Shown: positions 38,281-52,946, numbered from the stretch's first letter. The stretch: 64,000 nucleotides of DNA from an uncultured Acetatifactor sp. (GCA_910587755.1 CAJUNZ010000003.1:1908-65907), one strand, 5' to 3'. Translations and numbers: made by a program. The notes: generated by a model from the letters alone, not told the origin.

Positions 38281-39276
38281 GTGGCACTGAGCAACCCCCA
38301 GTACGAATCCATCATAAAAAAATATGAGCGCCAAAGAGACGCCGCAAGGGACCTGTCGGAAGCCCGGCGGAAGCAGGTCTGTGACACCATCCCGGGTTTT
38401 CGGGAGCTGTCCGACTCTGTCAGCTCCCTGTCGGTGGCAAGTGCCAGGCAGCTTCTGGACGGGGACCAGGAGGCTCTTCCCAGACTGCACCGGCGGCTTA
38501 AGGAGATCTCCGCCAGCCAGCGGCGGCTTCTGGCGGAACACGGATTTCCTCCGGACTATCTGGACCCTGTCTACCGCTGTGCCCAGTGCCAGGACACGGG
38601 ATATGTGCTGACGGAAAAGGGCCTGAGAGAAAAATGCCGTTGTTTCCGGCAGCAGGAGATCTCTCTTCTCTACGCCCAGTCCCACATCCAGGAAATGGTG
38701 TCCAGGGAAAACTTCTCCACCCTCTCCTATGGTTACTACCAGGGGGAGGATTTGCGGCGCTTTGAAGCCGCCGTGAGAATCTGTCAAAAATTTGTAGAAA
38801 ACAGTGGAGAAGTCTACCAAAATCTCTTTTTTTATGGTACAGTAGGGACGGGGAAAAGTTTTTTGTCAGGCTGTATTGCGGACGAGCTGCTCCGAAAGGG
38901 CTGTTCCGTGCTGTACTTCAGCGCCTCGGGCCTTTTTGAGACACTGGCCCGGCACTCTTTTGATCCCAAGTCAAAGGGGACGCTGCAGGACCTGTACGAA
39001 GATCTTCACGGCTGTGACCTGCTGATCATCGACGACCTGGGCACGGAAGTCACCAACAGTTTTGTGACCTCACAGCTGTTTTCCTGTCTCTGCCAGAGGC
39101 ATCTGGGCAGGAAATCCACACTGATCTCCACCAACATCAACCTGGAAGAGCTTCGGGATCGATACTCCGACAGAATTTTTTCCCGGGTGACAAGCGGCTT
39201 CACCCTGTGCAGGCTCACAGGCCCGGACATCCGCATCCTGAAAAAGCGCCTGGCCAATACATCTTCTACCGCTTAA
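38281..39276 (+). CDS. DnaC/DnaI-like helicase loader ATPase
   Basis: CxxCxDTG...CxC zinc motif, GTVGTGKS, LLIIDDLG, STN, RIFSR. Confidence 0.9.
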   Translation: MALSNPQYESIIKKYERQRDAARDLSEARRKQVCDTIPGFRELSDSVSSLSVASARQLLDGDQEALPRLHRRLKEISASQRRLLAEHGFPPDYLDPVYRCAQCQDTGYVLTEKGLREKCRCFRQQEISLLYAQSHIQEMVSRENFSTLSYGYYQGEDLRRFEAAVRICQKFVENSGEVYQNLFFYGTVGTGKSFLSGCIADELLRKGCSVLYFSASGLFETLARHSFDPKSKGTLQDLYEDLHGCDLLIIDDLGTEVTNSFVTSQLFSCLCQRHLGRKSTLISTNINLEELRDRYSDRIFSRVTSGFTLCRLTGPDIRILKKRLANTSSTA

Positions 39277-39409
39277 TACTGGCAACCGTAGGACAGAGGG
39301 CAGACCCCTCTGATGACGAAACCGTTCCTGTGCCCCTGGCCCATTTGGGAGATCCGGGGCAGCTCTCCGGAAGAAAGGCGCCGGGAACACAAATTAGGAG
39401 GACATTCGT

Positions 39410-40594
39410 ATGGGCAACCGCGAAGAAAAACGGAACTTGGAAACCATTCCTGTGGGTTCACTGGGAATGATCGCGCTGGAAGGCTTCCGGCCCTTTGCAG
39501 AAAAGATTGACCAGTACCTTGTAAAATGGAGAGCGGAGAGGGAGAGCGAGCACAAGGACTCCCTGGCCTTTTCCGGCTACCAGAGGGATTCCTACCTGCT
39601 CAAGACAAAAGTTCCCCGGTTTGGTTCCGGGGAAGCCAAGGGAATGATCCTGGAGTCAGTGCGGGGCACGGATCTGTACCTGCTGGTGGATGTGTGCAAT
39701 TACTCCATGACCTACTCCCTGTGCGGAAGCGAAAACCATATGTCACCTGACGACCATTACCAGGATTTAAAGCGCCTTATCGCCGCTGTGGGAGGCAAGG
39801 CCCGCCGCATCACGGTGATTATGCCTTTCCTCTATGAGAGCCGCCAGCACAAACGTACCTCTAGGGAGTCCCTGGACTGCGCCCTGGCACTGCAGGAACT
39901 GGTGCAGATGGGTGTGGACAACATTATCACTTTTGACGCCCATGACCCCCGGGTCCAGAACGCCATTCCCCTCCATGGTTTCGAGACCGTACAGCCGGCC
40001 TACCAGTTTATCAAGGGCCTTCTGAGGAATGACAAGAAGCTGAAGCTGGATTCAGACCATATGATGGTCATCAGTCCCGACGAGGGCGGCATGAGCCGGG
40101 CCATCTACATCGCCAATGTGCTGGGTCTGGACATGGGTATGTTCTATAAGAGGCGCGACTATACCAGGATTGTAAACGGGCGCAACCCCATTGTGGCACA
40201 TGAATTTCTGGGAACCAGCGTGGAGGGCAAGGACATGATCATTATTGACGACATGATCTCCTCCGGTGAGAGCGTTCTGGAAGTGGCCGCCGCCTTAAAG
40301 GAGCGCAAGGCCGCCAAGATATTTGTCTTTGCCACCTTCGGTCTCTTCACCGCCGGGCTGGACAAGTTTGACAAGGCCTACCAGAAGGGACTCATAGACA
40401 AGGTTCTCACCACCAACCTGATCTACCAGACACCGGAGCTTCTGAAACGGGAATGGTATATCAACTGTGACATGAGCAAATATGTGGCCTACATCATTGA
40501 CACCTTAAACCACGATTCCTCCATCAGCGACCTGCTGAATCCCAACGAGAGAATCCAGAATGTGGTGGGAAGATACAGGAGGGGCGAGCTGTAA
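39410..40594 (+). CDS. prs: Ribose-phosphate pyrophosphokinase
   Basis: RFGSGE, MPFLYESRQ, ISPDEGG, IIDDMISSGES. Confidence 0.95.
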   Translation: MGNREEKRNLETIPVGSLGMIALEGFRPFAEKIDQYLVKWRAERESEHKDSLAFSGYQRDSYLLKTKVPRFGSGEAKGMILESVRGTDLYLLVDVCNYSMTYSLCGSENHMSPDDHYQDLKRLIAAVGGKARRITVIMPFLYESRQHKRTSRESLDCALALQELVQMGVDNIITFDAHDPRVQNAIPLHGFETVQPAYQFIKGLLRNDKKLKLDSDHMMVISPDEGGMSRAIYIANVLGLDMGMFYKRRDYTRIVNGRNPIVAHEFLGTSVEGKDMIIIDDMISSGESVLEVAAALKERKAAKIFVFATFGLFTAGLDKFDKAYQKGLIDKVLTTNLIYQTPELLKREWYINCDMSKYVAYIIDTLNHDSSISDLLNPNERIQNVVGRYRRGEL

Positions 40595-40630
40595 TACAGC
40601 TGCCCCTCTCTTTTTATGCCCCTCACGCAC

Positions 40631-40678
40631 AATGTGCCCCATCCTTTCGCCTTAAGGGCAAAAAGTTGGGGCACATTT
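40631..40678. terminator. Long hairpin between convergent genes
   Basis: AATGTGCCCCA...TGGGGCACATT stem. Confidence 0.65.
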
Positions 40679-40679
40679 A

Positions 40680-41195
40680 TCAGATTCCAGTATAAGAATC
40701 GTACAGCGTGACAATATTTTCCTGTGCGTCATAGATGGTGATTTCACCGCAGTCAATGGGGAGTACCACGACAAAAGGTTTTTCCGGATCCACCGGGATC
40801 TCACTGTTTCCTGCTTCGATCCTGCTCACCCTGTCATGGTTCATGGACAGAAGGGCAATGCCCTTATTCTCAAAAATGACCCCTTTCACCCCTTCGGTCA
40901 TATAGGCGTCGCTGCCGCCCTGTCCAAAGAAATATCCGTAAGACATGCCCTCTCTGGTGAGATAGATGGAATAAGTACAGTCCGCTTTGTCCGTGTCATA
41001 GAAAAGCATGGCACAGATATCTTCGTTTACAGCCTGGGCAACCTCCCACCCATTCTCAATATTCTGCCTTTTTCTGGCGTCCTTTTCAAGCCCTCCCTTT
41101 GAAACCCCGACAATATCTGCCTGCCATACAATCAAAACAGCCAACAGCAAAATCAGCACAATGCCCGCAGCAATGGAAAATTTTTCCAACTTCAT
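40680..41195 (-). CDS. Hypothetical protein with N-terminal membrane anchor
   Basis: Hydrophobic N-terminus; GGAGG/AAGG upstream; lower GC than neighbours. Confidence 0.8.
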   Translation of the reverse strand: MKLEKFSIAAGIVLILLLAVLIVWQADIVGVSKGGLEKDARKRQNIENGWEVAQAVNEDICAMLFYDTDKADCTYSIYLTREGMSYGYFFGQGGSDAYMTEGVKGVIFENKGIALLSMNHDRVSRIEAGNSEIPVDPEKPFVVVLPIDCGEITIYDAQENIVTLYDSYTGI

Positions 41196-41310
41196 CCTTA
41201 TACCTCCGATTTACCAGGAACTCTCAGAAGAACTACAGTTCCTTACCTACATTTCTGAACATCATCTGACATATTTTACCACAGTTCCCCCCGTTCGTCC
41301 AGATGCAGTG

Positions 41311-43839
41311 TTATCTTACATATCTCACATAAGTGATAAACTGATTCCCGTTTTCCTCAAACCAATCTCTGGAATCGTTCATGCCCATCCGGCGAATGGT
41401 TCCCGTGAGAGGATTCAGGATCACCGTATTCAGGTCATTGAAACCCACAATCAGCACGGCGGAGCCATCCTCCATCAGAGCCAGCACAGGAATATCCCGG
41501 TTCACATAGTACAGCACCGCGTCCAGGCTGCACCCTGTGAGATCCAGCACCTCCGCCTCCTCCAGGTTGTCCTCCAGAATCCGGCAGGCCTTCTCTCCCC
41601 GGTCCAGGAAGTTCTGGGTGTTCCTGCTGATGCCCTCATAGGCCAGCATGGTGTCCAGGCACACGGCCAGGGCGCTTCGCTCCCCGGTGGCCGAAGCCTC
41701 CTTGATGGTGCCGATCTGTTTCTGGTGAACCCGGTTTCCCTTCAGCCACACAGGCACACCCTTCTCATCCACCACCACTCCCGACACAGAGTAGGCCAGA
41801 TTCACCGCCCGGGCAGGGGAGATAAAGATTCCGTCAATCCCATTGGGACCATACACATAATACCGCCCGGTCTTCCCCTCCGGCAGCAGAATCTGCCTGC
41901 CACCCTCATAGACCACCTCTTTAGGAGTCAGCACCTTCAGCGACTTACTGTCAATCTCCTTTCTCACCTGGATCTGCACATAGCGCTTGTACCTTTCAAT
42001 GTCCACGGCGGCTATGACGTTCTTTCCCGACTCCGCCTCTGTGTTGTTCATAATCTGGTCAGGCTCCAGCTCCCGGTAGGCCCCGGACTCCAGCCGCCGT
42101 ACCCGTTCCAGGGTGATCTGGTTCTCCGATACAATGCAGTCCGTCACATAGACCCCTTCCTGGCTGTATTCTTTTAAAAGCTTTCCGGAAGAAGTACAGA
42201 TGCACACCTTGTACATGGGATAGAATATGCCCCCGCTGCCGTCCTCCGCCACATCCTGGGCATAGGCCACCCCGTATATAATATCCTCCTCCATAAATCC
42301 CAGAGGCCGCACCACCTCACCGGGGCCGGCGGAGATAATCTTAAGGGTATCCGTGCTCATATTCCTGATATGCACGGCCTCGCTGTTATAGATGTCCTCC
42401 CCCTGGGGCCATACTGCGATCCTGCGGTTCCCCGACACCAGCAGTCCTCCGTCCTGGTCCACCTCCAGAAGGCAGGTGTAGGTCCGCTCTGCCAGGTCGA
42501 TCCTGTACAGGGCGCTGTTCAGGGTAAGGTAGAGCCTCTGGTCCCGGTTCAGATACAGAAGTTCCTCCATCTCCGCCGCCAGCACCGAATAGGACCTGTC
42601 ATAGGGAATATACAGAAGTTCCTCCGTGGTATTGTATTCGCTGTTGTAAGTGTAGAGCTGAACTCCCACCTCCCCCTCGTGCCTTCCTCTGTTCATATAG
42701 CCATACACGGCAAACCACACACTGCCGCCCTCGTCCACATCCAGTATCCTAATGTCATGGCTGTCATACATGGTTCTGGGATCCGCGTTCTCCCTGTCAT
42801 AAAACCGGAAGAGCACCGTCAGCTCATTGGTGGTCACATTATAGCTGAAGAGCTGCCCGGCCTCCTGGAATACAATGCAGTTGCCGTCCTTGCTCTCCAT
42901 CATAGGCACGTCCATCCCTGTGATGCCAAGGAGGATCTTGTCATTGGCGCACATTCTCTCCTGGTCCGGAATCTGGGTCATGGTGCGCTCATAGTCCAAC
43001 AGGTATGTCCTGTCTGTAGTGTAGCGTATGCGGAAGTATTCCCGCACTTTGTAGTAAGCCTTTCCCCCTTCATCCAGTGTGGATACCATATAGTCCAGCA
43101 GCACCGAAGCCGTCTGGGAGGCAATCTCCTTCAGCTGTATGGAGACTGCCCCCTCCTGGGTCACATTCAGATCCCCCCAGGTGATCTGCTGAAAGCTGCT
43201 GTGGATATTCACCTTGTGAAAGGAACTGTTGTCCTCCAGACGGGAGTTGGTCTCCAGATACATGGTCAGCTCCTGGGCCGCCTCTTTGTCATAGAGCTTC
43301 TCATGAAAGTCCAGGCAGTAGTTCAGTTTTTCTCCCCCGTAGAGCTGGTCACTCCACACCACCCTGGTATAATAGGCAATCTCCCTGCCTTCTGCCAGCT
43401 GCAGCAGGATGGTGAGGGAATACTCCGTATCCTTCTCAATCAGATCCTTCAGGGACAGTTCCCCTCTGATTCTGTCCCCGTCCAGAGTGTAGTCTGTGAC
43501 GGGGGTGTTCTCAATAAGCCTTCTGCCGTCTGCGCTTCTGACCTCAATGGATATGCCGGCCACCTCTGCCCCGTAGGTGTCCACCGCAAAGCCCGTGTTG
43601 CGGCTCTCCCCCAGCACTGTCACCGTGTCTCTCTGAAAGGCAGGGTCCATGCCCTGGCTGTATCCATGAAGCTGATTGTACTCCATGCCCTCCATGTCCA
43701 TAACCACCATGGGCAGGGTGGCGGGGGCCATCTCCATGGTCAGGTTGTCATGCCCCTTGTTCATCATCTTGCTCACCACCACCAGGGACACCAGAAACAC
43801 GGTGACAAACACAATAGACTTGACCACAGTTTTAATCAT
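41311..43839 (-). CDS. Large extracytoplasmic hypothetical protein (842 aa)
   Basis: Signal/anchor N-terminus; acidic and beta-rich; C-terminus loosely resembles a C39-peptidase-like fold. Confidence 0.85.
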   Translation of the reverse strand: MIKTVVKSIVFVTVFLVSLVVVSKMMNKGHDNLTMEMAPATLPMVVMDMEGMEYNQLHGYSQGMDPAFQRDTVTVLGESRNTGFAVDTYGAEVAGISIEVRSADGRRLIENTPVTDYTLDGDRIRGELSLKDLIEKDTEYSLTILLQLAEGREIAYYTRVVWSDQLYGGEKLNYCLDFHEKLYDKEAAQELTMYLETNSRLEDNSSFHKVNIHSSFQQITWGDLNVTQEGAVSIQLKEIASQTASVLLDYMVSTLDEGGKAYYKVREYFRIRYTTDRTYLLDYERTMTQIPDQERMCANDKILLGITGMDVPMMESKDGNCIVFQEAGQLFSYNVTTNELTVLFRFYDRENADPRTMYDSHDIRILDVDEGGSVWFAVYGYMNRGRHEGEVGVQLYTYNSEYNTTEELLYIPYDRSYSVLAAEMEELLYLNRDQRLYLTLNSALYRIDLAERTYTCLLEVDQDGGLLVSGNRRIAVWPQGEDIYNSEAVHIRNMSTDTLKIISAGPGEVVRPLGFMEEDIIYGVAYAQDVAEDGSGGIFYPMYKVCICTSSGKLLKEYSQEGVYVTDCIVSENQITLERVRRLESGAYRELEPDQIMNNTEAESGKNVIAAVDIERYKRYVQIQVRKEIDSKSLKVLTPKEVVYEGGRQILLPEGKTGRYYVYGPNGIDGIFISPARAVNLAYSVSGVVVDEKGVPVWLKGNRVHQKQIGTIKEASATGERSALAVCLDTMLAYEGISRNTQNFLDRGEKACRILEDNLEEAEVLDLTGCSLDAVLYYVNRDIPVLALMEDGSAVLIVGFNDLNTVILNPLTGTIRRMGMNDSRDWFEENGNQFITYVRYVR

Positions 43840-44987
43840 AGAAGCTCCTTCAAAGCAGGATTCACATGCAGAAATTCCGCCATCCGGTCAAGGCCTGCAC
43901 CGGAGGTCCCAGGGCGCATGCGGGAGGATTTTACCGCCCGAATCATAAGGTTCTTGGGGGTGTGCTCCATGTCAATAAACTCCACGATCTGGGTGTCATA
44001 GCCCCTCTGCTCCAGCATCTCCGCCCGCAGGGCATCCGTCACCAGAGCCGCCATGCGCTCCTTCAGCAGCCCGTATTTCAGCAGGGGCTGCAGGGTGTCA
44101 CAGTGGATCTGGCCGTTGAGTTCATGCTGACAGCAGGGCACCGCCATCACCACGGCGGCCCCCCACTTCACCGCTTTCTCCAGGGCATAGTCCGTGGCCC
44201 TGTCGCAGGCGTGGAGGGACACCACCATGTCCACCCCGCCTTCCTCCTGCCAGCTGCCAATGTCCCCCACCTGAAAGTCCAGCCCCTCATATCCCAGCTC
44301 CGCCGCCAGAGCGCTGCAGCGGGCGATCACATCCGCTTTCAGATCCAGGCCCGTGACCCGGATGTCTCTGCGCTGTACCTGGTGCAGATAGTAGTACATG
44401 GCAAACGTCAAATAAGACTTCCCACAGCCAAAATCAATAATGCGGACCTGGCGGCCTGAAGGAAGCTTATCCAGTATATCCTCTATAAACTCAAGATAGC
44501 GGTTGATCTGGCGGAACTTGTCATATTTAGACCTGACCACCTGTCCCTGGGGAGTCTGAACCCCCAGGCCCACCAGGAAATCCACCGGCTCTCCCTCCGG
44601 CAGAATGTAGCGCCTGGCCCGGTTATGGGCCAGATCCCTCTCCCCTGTCTCCTGCTGAACCTCTTTGCGACGCCGTTTCAGGCTCACAGCTCCCTTTTTG
44701 CTCACCAGAACCGTGGCCTCCTCCCCCAGCGCAGCCACCTGGGCCTGCCGGAACAGCGTCTTTATATATTCCAGAAGCTTTTCCACCGCTTCCTCTTTTT
44801 CATAGTTAACATGGTACACTTTGGTCTCCCGGTAAAGAGTCTCCTGGAAACTCAAGGTTCCCTTAAGCAGCACCGGGCGGACTTTCACCTTCTCTGCCCG
44901 CTTCCTGTCCCGGGTGCCGCTGAGGGTTATCTGTATCAGATCCTCATTCAGTACCTGCAGGAAAAATTCTCTCAGTTCATCCATCAT
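43836..44987 (-). CDS. SAM-dependent methyltransferase
   Basis: IIDFGCGKSYL, VSLHACD, VPCCQHE. Confidence 0.92.
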   Translation of the reverse strand: MMDELREFFLQVLNEDLIQITLSGTRDRKRAEKVKVRPVLLKGTLSFQETLYRETKVYHVNYEKEEAVEKLLEYIKTLFRQAQVAALGEEATVLVSKKGAVSLKRRRKEVQQETGERDLAHNRARRYILPEGEPVDFLVGLGVQTPQGQVVRSKYDKFRQINRYLEFIEDILDKLPSGRQVRIIDFGCGKSYLTFAMYYYLHQVQRRDIRVTGLDLKADVIARCSALAAELGYEGLDFQVGDIGSWQEEGGVDMVVSLHACDRATDYALEKAVKWGAAVVMAVPCCQHELNGQIHCDTLQPLLKYGLLKERMAALVTDALRAEMLEQRGYDTQIVEFIDMEHTPKNLMIRAVKSSRMRPGTSGAGLDRMAEFLHVNPALKELL

Positions 44988-44990
44988 TTC

Positions 44991-45398
44991 TCAAAAAATA
45001 TATTTCCCTCTGCGGCCGCCGTGGCGGCGTTTATACACTTCATTGCACAGCAGCACCTGGATCATGCTCTCCGCCGGCGGCTCCTCTTCCTCATTTTCCA
45101 GCACTTTCCGGATGGAACCGGCCAGGGCCTGCAGACTGCATCTGTCAGGATACTCGTCATAGATCATGCTGCCCTCATAGTCCGTTTTGTCCAAAATCTC
45201 CGCTATCCTCTTCTGGCAGCGCTTCACTTCACAGGGATAGGTCTGCTGCAGATACTCCAGATCCTGCAGCAGCGCAGCCTCCCTTTGCGGCGTGCACAGA
45301 TCCGGATAGGTCATATAAAAAGGAAGGGGCCCATTCCAGCCCCTTGCCTTGTCTTCCTGCAGCGGCCGTAACAGCTTAGAATGAAATTCCATATGCAT
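44991..45398 (-). CDS. Hypothetical protein, possibly sporulation-related
   Basis: YEGSMIYDEYPD motif; preceded by a SigK-like promoter. Confidence 0.75.
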   Translation of the reverse strand: MHMEFHSKLLRPLQEDKARGWNGPLPFYMTYPDLCTPQREAALLQDLEYLQQTYPCEVKRCQKRIAEILDKTDYEGSMIYDEYPDRCSLQALAGSIRKVLENEEEEPPAESMIQVLLCNEVYKRRHGGRRGKYIF

Positions 45399-45416
45399 CC
45401 CTCTGGTTTTTTTAAC

Positions 45417-45443
45417 AGCATATGCATGCTTTCATCCATTTGT
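45417..45443 (-). promoter_or_regulatory. SigK-like promoter
   Basis: ACA-N16-CATATGCT. Confidence 0.5.
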
Positions 45444-45469
45444 TACCGCCCTGGACATTCCTTATTCAT

Positions 45470-45874
45470 TTATTTCAGCACCTGGATCCGCGCCAGCGCC
45501 CTCAGCAGGGCGGTCTCGGCCTTGGCAATATCCGTGTTAGGCGCCTTGCCCTGAAGCCGTTTCTCGGCGCGCTCCCTGGCGGACCTGGCACGATCCGCGT
45601 CAACCTCCTCCGGCCACTCAATAATCTCGGCCAGAATGGTCACGCCCTCGGGCAGGATCTCCGCAAACCCCGCATGCAGAGCGGCTTTCTTCTCCGACTC
45701 CCGCTCTGTGATATTCAGCACACCGGGCTTTACGATCACCGTCATGGGGATATGTCCCGGCAGAATGCCGATCTCCCCCTCTGTGGTGTTAAACTCCACC
45801 ATATCCACCTGATTCTCGTAGAAAACCCTGTCAGGAGTGACGATGCGCAGAAAAAAAGCATTTTTATCTGCCAT
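45470..45874 (-). CDS. atpC: ATP synthase F1 epsilon
   Basis: IVTPDR, GEIGILPGH; position in operon. Confidence 0.97.
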   Translation of the reverse strand: MADKNAFFLRIVTPDRVFYENQVDMVEFNTTEGEIGILPGHIPMTVIVKPGVLNITERESEKKAALHAGFAEILPEGVTILAEIIEWPEEVDADRARSARERAEKRLQGKAPNTDIAKAETALLRALARIQVLK

Positions 45875-45886
45875 AAACGCACCCCC

Positions 45887-47320
<1,434 letters not shown>

Positions 47321-48193
47321 TCACCCCAGCGCCTCCGCACCGGCTATAATCTCCGTCAGCTCCTGCGTAATGGAACCCTGGCGGGCTCTGTTGTACTTTA
47401 AGGTCAGGTCGCTGATGATCTCCTCCGCATTGCTGGTGGCATTGTCCATGGCCTGCATGCGGGCGCCGTTCTCACTTGCCACGGATTCCCTCAGGGCGCC
47501 GTAGATGAGGCTTGTGATGTATTTGGGTATGAGCATATCCAGCGCCTCTGTGTCCTCCGGCTCAAAGTTCATCACTGCACCGGACTCCTGGGCCTGGTTC
47601 TCCTGCTGAGACTCTTCCTGGGAAACTCCCACCGGCAGAAGCCTCAGCAGGGTGGGAATATGGCTCACTGTATTCTTAAATCCTGTATATGCCAGGTAGA
47701 TCTCCCCCACCTCGCCGGCCGCAAATGAGGACAGCAGCCGGGCGGACAGGGCCGCCGCATCTGCGTACACAGGGCTCTCCACGATGTCGCTGTCGCACTC
47801 CTTCACCTGGTAGCCCTGGCGCGCAAAAGTCTCCCGGCCCTTGTTGCCAAGACAGTAGAGCTCCAGATCCTCTTTCTTCCACTCCGGATGTCTGGTCACA
47901 AGCCTGGTAACATTGGAATTGTACCCCCCTGCCAGACCTCTGTTGGAAGTGATCACCACCACGGCTTTCTTCGGGGAACTGCCACTGGCCAGATACCTGT
48001 GCTCCACATGTCCCACCCGCTCCAGAATACTGTTCACGGTCTGGTACATGCTTGTGAAATAATCTTTGGAGCGTTCCGCGCTTGCCCTGGCACGCTGCAG
48101 CTTCACAGTGGACACCAGCTTCATGGCCTTCGTGATCTGCTGAGTCCCCTGGATACTGCTCTTGCGGCGCTTTATATCACGCATTGATGCCAT
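47321..48193 (-). CDS. atpG: ATP synthase F1 gamma
   Basis: QITKAMKLVS, RARQGSITQELTEI. Confidence 0.98.
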   Translation of the reverse strand: MASMRDIKRRKSSIQGTQQITKAMKLVSTVKLQRARASAERSKDYFTSMYQTVNSILERVGHVEHRYLASGSSPKKAVVVITSNRGLAGGYNSNVTRLVTRHPEWKKEDLELYCLGNKGRETFARQGYQVKECDSDIVESPVYADAAALSARLLSSFAAGEVGEIYLAYTGFKNTVSHIPTLLRLLPVGVSQEESQQENQAQESGAVMNFEPEDTEALDMLIPKYITSLIYGALRESVASENGARMQAMDNATSNAEEIISDLTLKYNRARQGSITQELTEIIAGAEALG

Positions 48194-48207
48194 AATCTGT
48201 CCTCTTT

Positions 48208-50283
<2,076 letters not shown>

Positions 50284-50296
<13 letters not shown>

Positions 50297-50826
50297 GTCT
50301 TATCACCCATCTCCTTTATGGTCTCATCGATCAGCTGGTTCTGGACGACGGTATCCATGGATGCGGACACGACCTTGCCGGCCATGATGGATGCGACGGA
50401 GATAATCTCTTTCTTCACGTCGTCGGAGAGCTTCTGCTTCTCCAGCTGGGCCTCCACCCTGGCACGCTCCAGGATGCGTGCGGCCTCCTCCTTTGCCTGG
50501 GCGACGATCTGGTTCTCACTGCCCAGAGCCTTCCTGCGGGCCTCGCTCAAGATGCCCTCTGCTTCCTTATCCACATCCTTCAGTTTTGCCTCATATTCCT
50601 TTTTTAAGTTCTGAGCGTTCTCCATGGCCTCCTTTGCCGTCTGCAGCTCGTTCTGGATTTTCTCCCTACGGCTGTTCAGCATCTTCCTGGCCGGATTGAA
50701 CAGGAAATAGCTCAGGATAAGGAACAGGACAAAGATGGCAATGATCATCAGACAGGAATCAGCAAGCAGCTGCCAGTCCAGGTCAAACAGCCTTGACATG
50801 GACTCGCCCCCTGTTAAAAGTACCAT
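50284..50826 (-). CDS. atpF: ATP synthase F0 b
   Basis: TM helix plus coiled coil; position in operon. Confidence 0.95.
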
Positions 50827-50885
50827 TCTATGCCTCCTTTCTGCCTCCCGTTAAAAAATGCAACCTGCATTTGCCGCATTCATCC

Positions 50886-51182
<297 letters not shown>

Positions 51183-51198
51183 CTACTCCACAGCTGCT

Positions 51199-51939
51199 TC
51201 AGCGCCGCGTTCCATCGCCAATCTCATTTGAAATGTATGTCATGGTCAGCATGCAGAAGACATATGTCTGGATCGCTCCGGAGAACAGATCAAAATACAC
51301 ATGCAGCGCCGCGGGCCAGGCAGTGGCAAACCATCCCAGAAGCCCATACAGCAGTGCCATCATGGCTGTACCTGACAACACGTTGGCAAACAGACGCAAT
51401 GACAGGGAGATCGGCACCGCTATGGCGCTGATCACATTGATGGGCAGCCAGATCGGCAGCCAGGGCGGCAGGGGCGAACAGAGATCCGTCCAGATCGTCA
51501 TCGGCTTCTGGTACTTCCACTTGTTGTAGTGGATCAGCGAAAATGTCAGAACCGCCAGCGGCAGCGTGACGCCGTAATCCGCAGTGGGGGGCCTAAGGCC
51601 CAGCAGTCCTGATATATTGCTCACCAGAATAAACACAAAGATGGTTCCAATGTAGTTGTAGTACCTCGGAGCAGCCTGCCCCATTGAACCGCCTACCATG
51701 TTGTCCAGCATATCCACGATCATTTCCACTACGTTCTGAAAGCCACCAGGAACTTCCGAGCCTTTGGCCATACAGCGGTTTGCCGCGATGGCAAAGGCCA
51801 CCAGGAGCAGCATCACAATCAGGATGCACACATGTGATGTGGTGATCCACACCGGGTGCCCAAAGAAGGAATATTGGAATACCCCATGTATCGTAAAGTC
51901 AACCCCGGATTCGCCGGACAACAAGATTCCATGTCCCAT
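51199..51939 (-). CDS. atpB: ATP synthase F0 a
   Basis: PPTAD, SLSLRLFAN, IQTYVFCMLT. Confidence 0.97.
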   Translation of the reverse strand: MGHGILLSGESGVDFTIHGVFQYSFFGHPVWITTSHVCILIVMLLLVAFAIAANRCMAKGSEVPGGFQNVVEMIVDMLDNMVGGSMGQAAPRYYNYIGTIFVFILVSNISGLLGLRPPTADYGVTLPLAVLTFSLIHYNKWKYQKPMTIWTDLCSPLPPWLPIWLPINVISAIAVPISLSLRLFANVLSGTAMMALLYGLLGWFATAWPAALHVYFDLFSGAIQTYVFCMLTMTYISNEIGDGTRR

Positions 51940-52058
51940 ACTCTCACCTCCTCTTTTTCATTTTCTTTTTTATTCGGACGACTGTGCATTTTCACAGCCG
52001 CCTTTTCCCGGCATAAGGCAGCGCCTGCGGCCCCGTAATACCGCATTCCCGGAAAGCC

Positions 52059-52526
52059 TCACTCAGGCTCACCCTCATCCCGCGAAGGGGGCTCCTCCAC
52101 AAGGGGCTCCGGCACCGGATCCGTCTCATGAAACAGCCTGTTACATAATTTATGAGTAAGCGGCTGAAGATAAGCCGTTACTTTCAAACTCATATAGCCC
52201 AAAAACATCACCAGAGGATCCAGGGCCGGCGCCAGAGCCGCCACAACCAGCACCGCCGCAAACAGAAAATATCGGAAGAGATATCCCCGGGTGACAATTC
52301 CCTGGGCATTCCCCCCACTTAAAAGTGCCCTGTCCAGCGTCCGGCTCATGTGGATGCTGCCTGCAAAGGCAAAGGCAATCCCAAACCAGAGGCTCAGGGC
52401 AAACACCGACTGATCCCGTACAAAAAACGCTCCTGCCGTCTGGCAGACAAGTCCGAAAAAGACCATGCCCACTTGCATCTCCAGAAGCGTCCTATTCATC
52501 TTTTTCAAGTTCTCCACTATTTTCAT
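52059..52526 (-). CDS. atpI: ATP synthase protein I
   Basis: Four-TM protein directly upstream of atpB. Confidence 0.75.
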   Translation of the reverse strand: MKIVENLKKMNRTLLEMQVGMVFFGLVCQTAGAFFVRDQSVFALSLWFGIAFAFAGSIHMSRTLDRALLSGGNAQGIVTRGYLFRYFLFAAVLVVAALAPALDPLVMFLGYMSLKVTAYLQPLTHKLCNRLFHETDPVPEPLVEEPPSRDEGEPE

Positions 52527-52779
52527 CGGAAATATCCTGCTCCATGTCCTCTTCTTCCCCGCCGCACATTCCCCTGGCCATGCGGTAAATGTTCTGCGCC
52601 CCAGCGGCAGCGCCCGCCATGAACAGGACAATGGTGAGAACGGAGGTACCCAGCTTTCCGTCAAGCCAGATTCCCAGGGCCGTCATCATACCTATGGGCA
52701 CAATCATGTTCAGTCCAAACTGCAGAACCATGGCAAAGGACTGGAAAACAATCCGGTTATCGTCTCTGCTGCGCTTCAT
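52492..52779 (-). CDS. AtpZ/AtpI family protein
   Basis: GIWLDGKLGT motif; first gene of the atp operon. Confidence 0.85.
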   Translation of the reverse strand: MKRSRDDNRIVFQSFAMVLQFGLNMIVPIGMMTALGIWLDGKLGTSVLTIVLFMAGAAAGAQNIYRMARGMCGGEEEDMEQDISDENSGELEKDE

Positions 52780-52831
52780 AACCCCTCCCACAGGCCGCTG
52801 AAAAAGAGCCCACTTCTACCCTTCAGGCCTA

Positions 52832-52859
52832 ATTATACTCTTTTTCCCAAAAATGTCTA
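52832..52859 (-). promoter_or_regulatory. atp operon promoter
   Basis: TAGACA-16-TATAAT. Confidence 0.7.
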
Positions 52860-52917
52860 GGCTATTCTTTGATATTTCACCGCAAAAATTACTCTCCCCG
52901 GCAGGACCAGGAAAGAC

Positions 52918-52946
52918 TTGACTTATACCCCCGCCGGATATATTAT
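52918..52946 (+). promoter_or_regulatory. Promoter of the DUF402 gene
   Basis: TTGACT-17-TATTAT. Confidence 0.6.

Noticed and set aside
36803..39276. Prophage or plasmid replication module, or a definite oriC
   Set aside because: Flanked by murC and prs with no phage or plasmid genes; no dnaA/dnaN nearby to support oriC.
32810..45824. Extra recombination half-sites TTTCTACGA (32810-32818) and TCGTAGAAA (45816-45824)
   Set aside because: Single 9-mers inside glgD and atpC with no partner arm or spacer; expected by chance.
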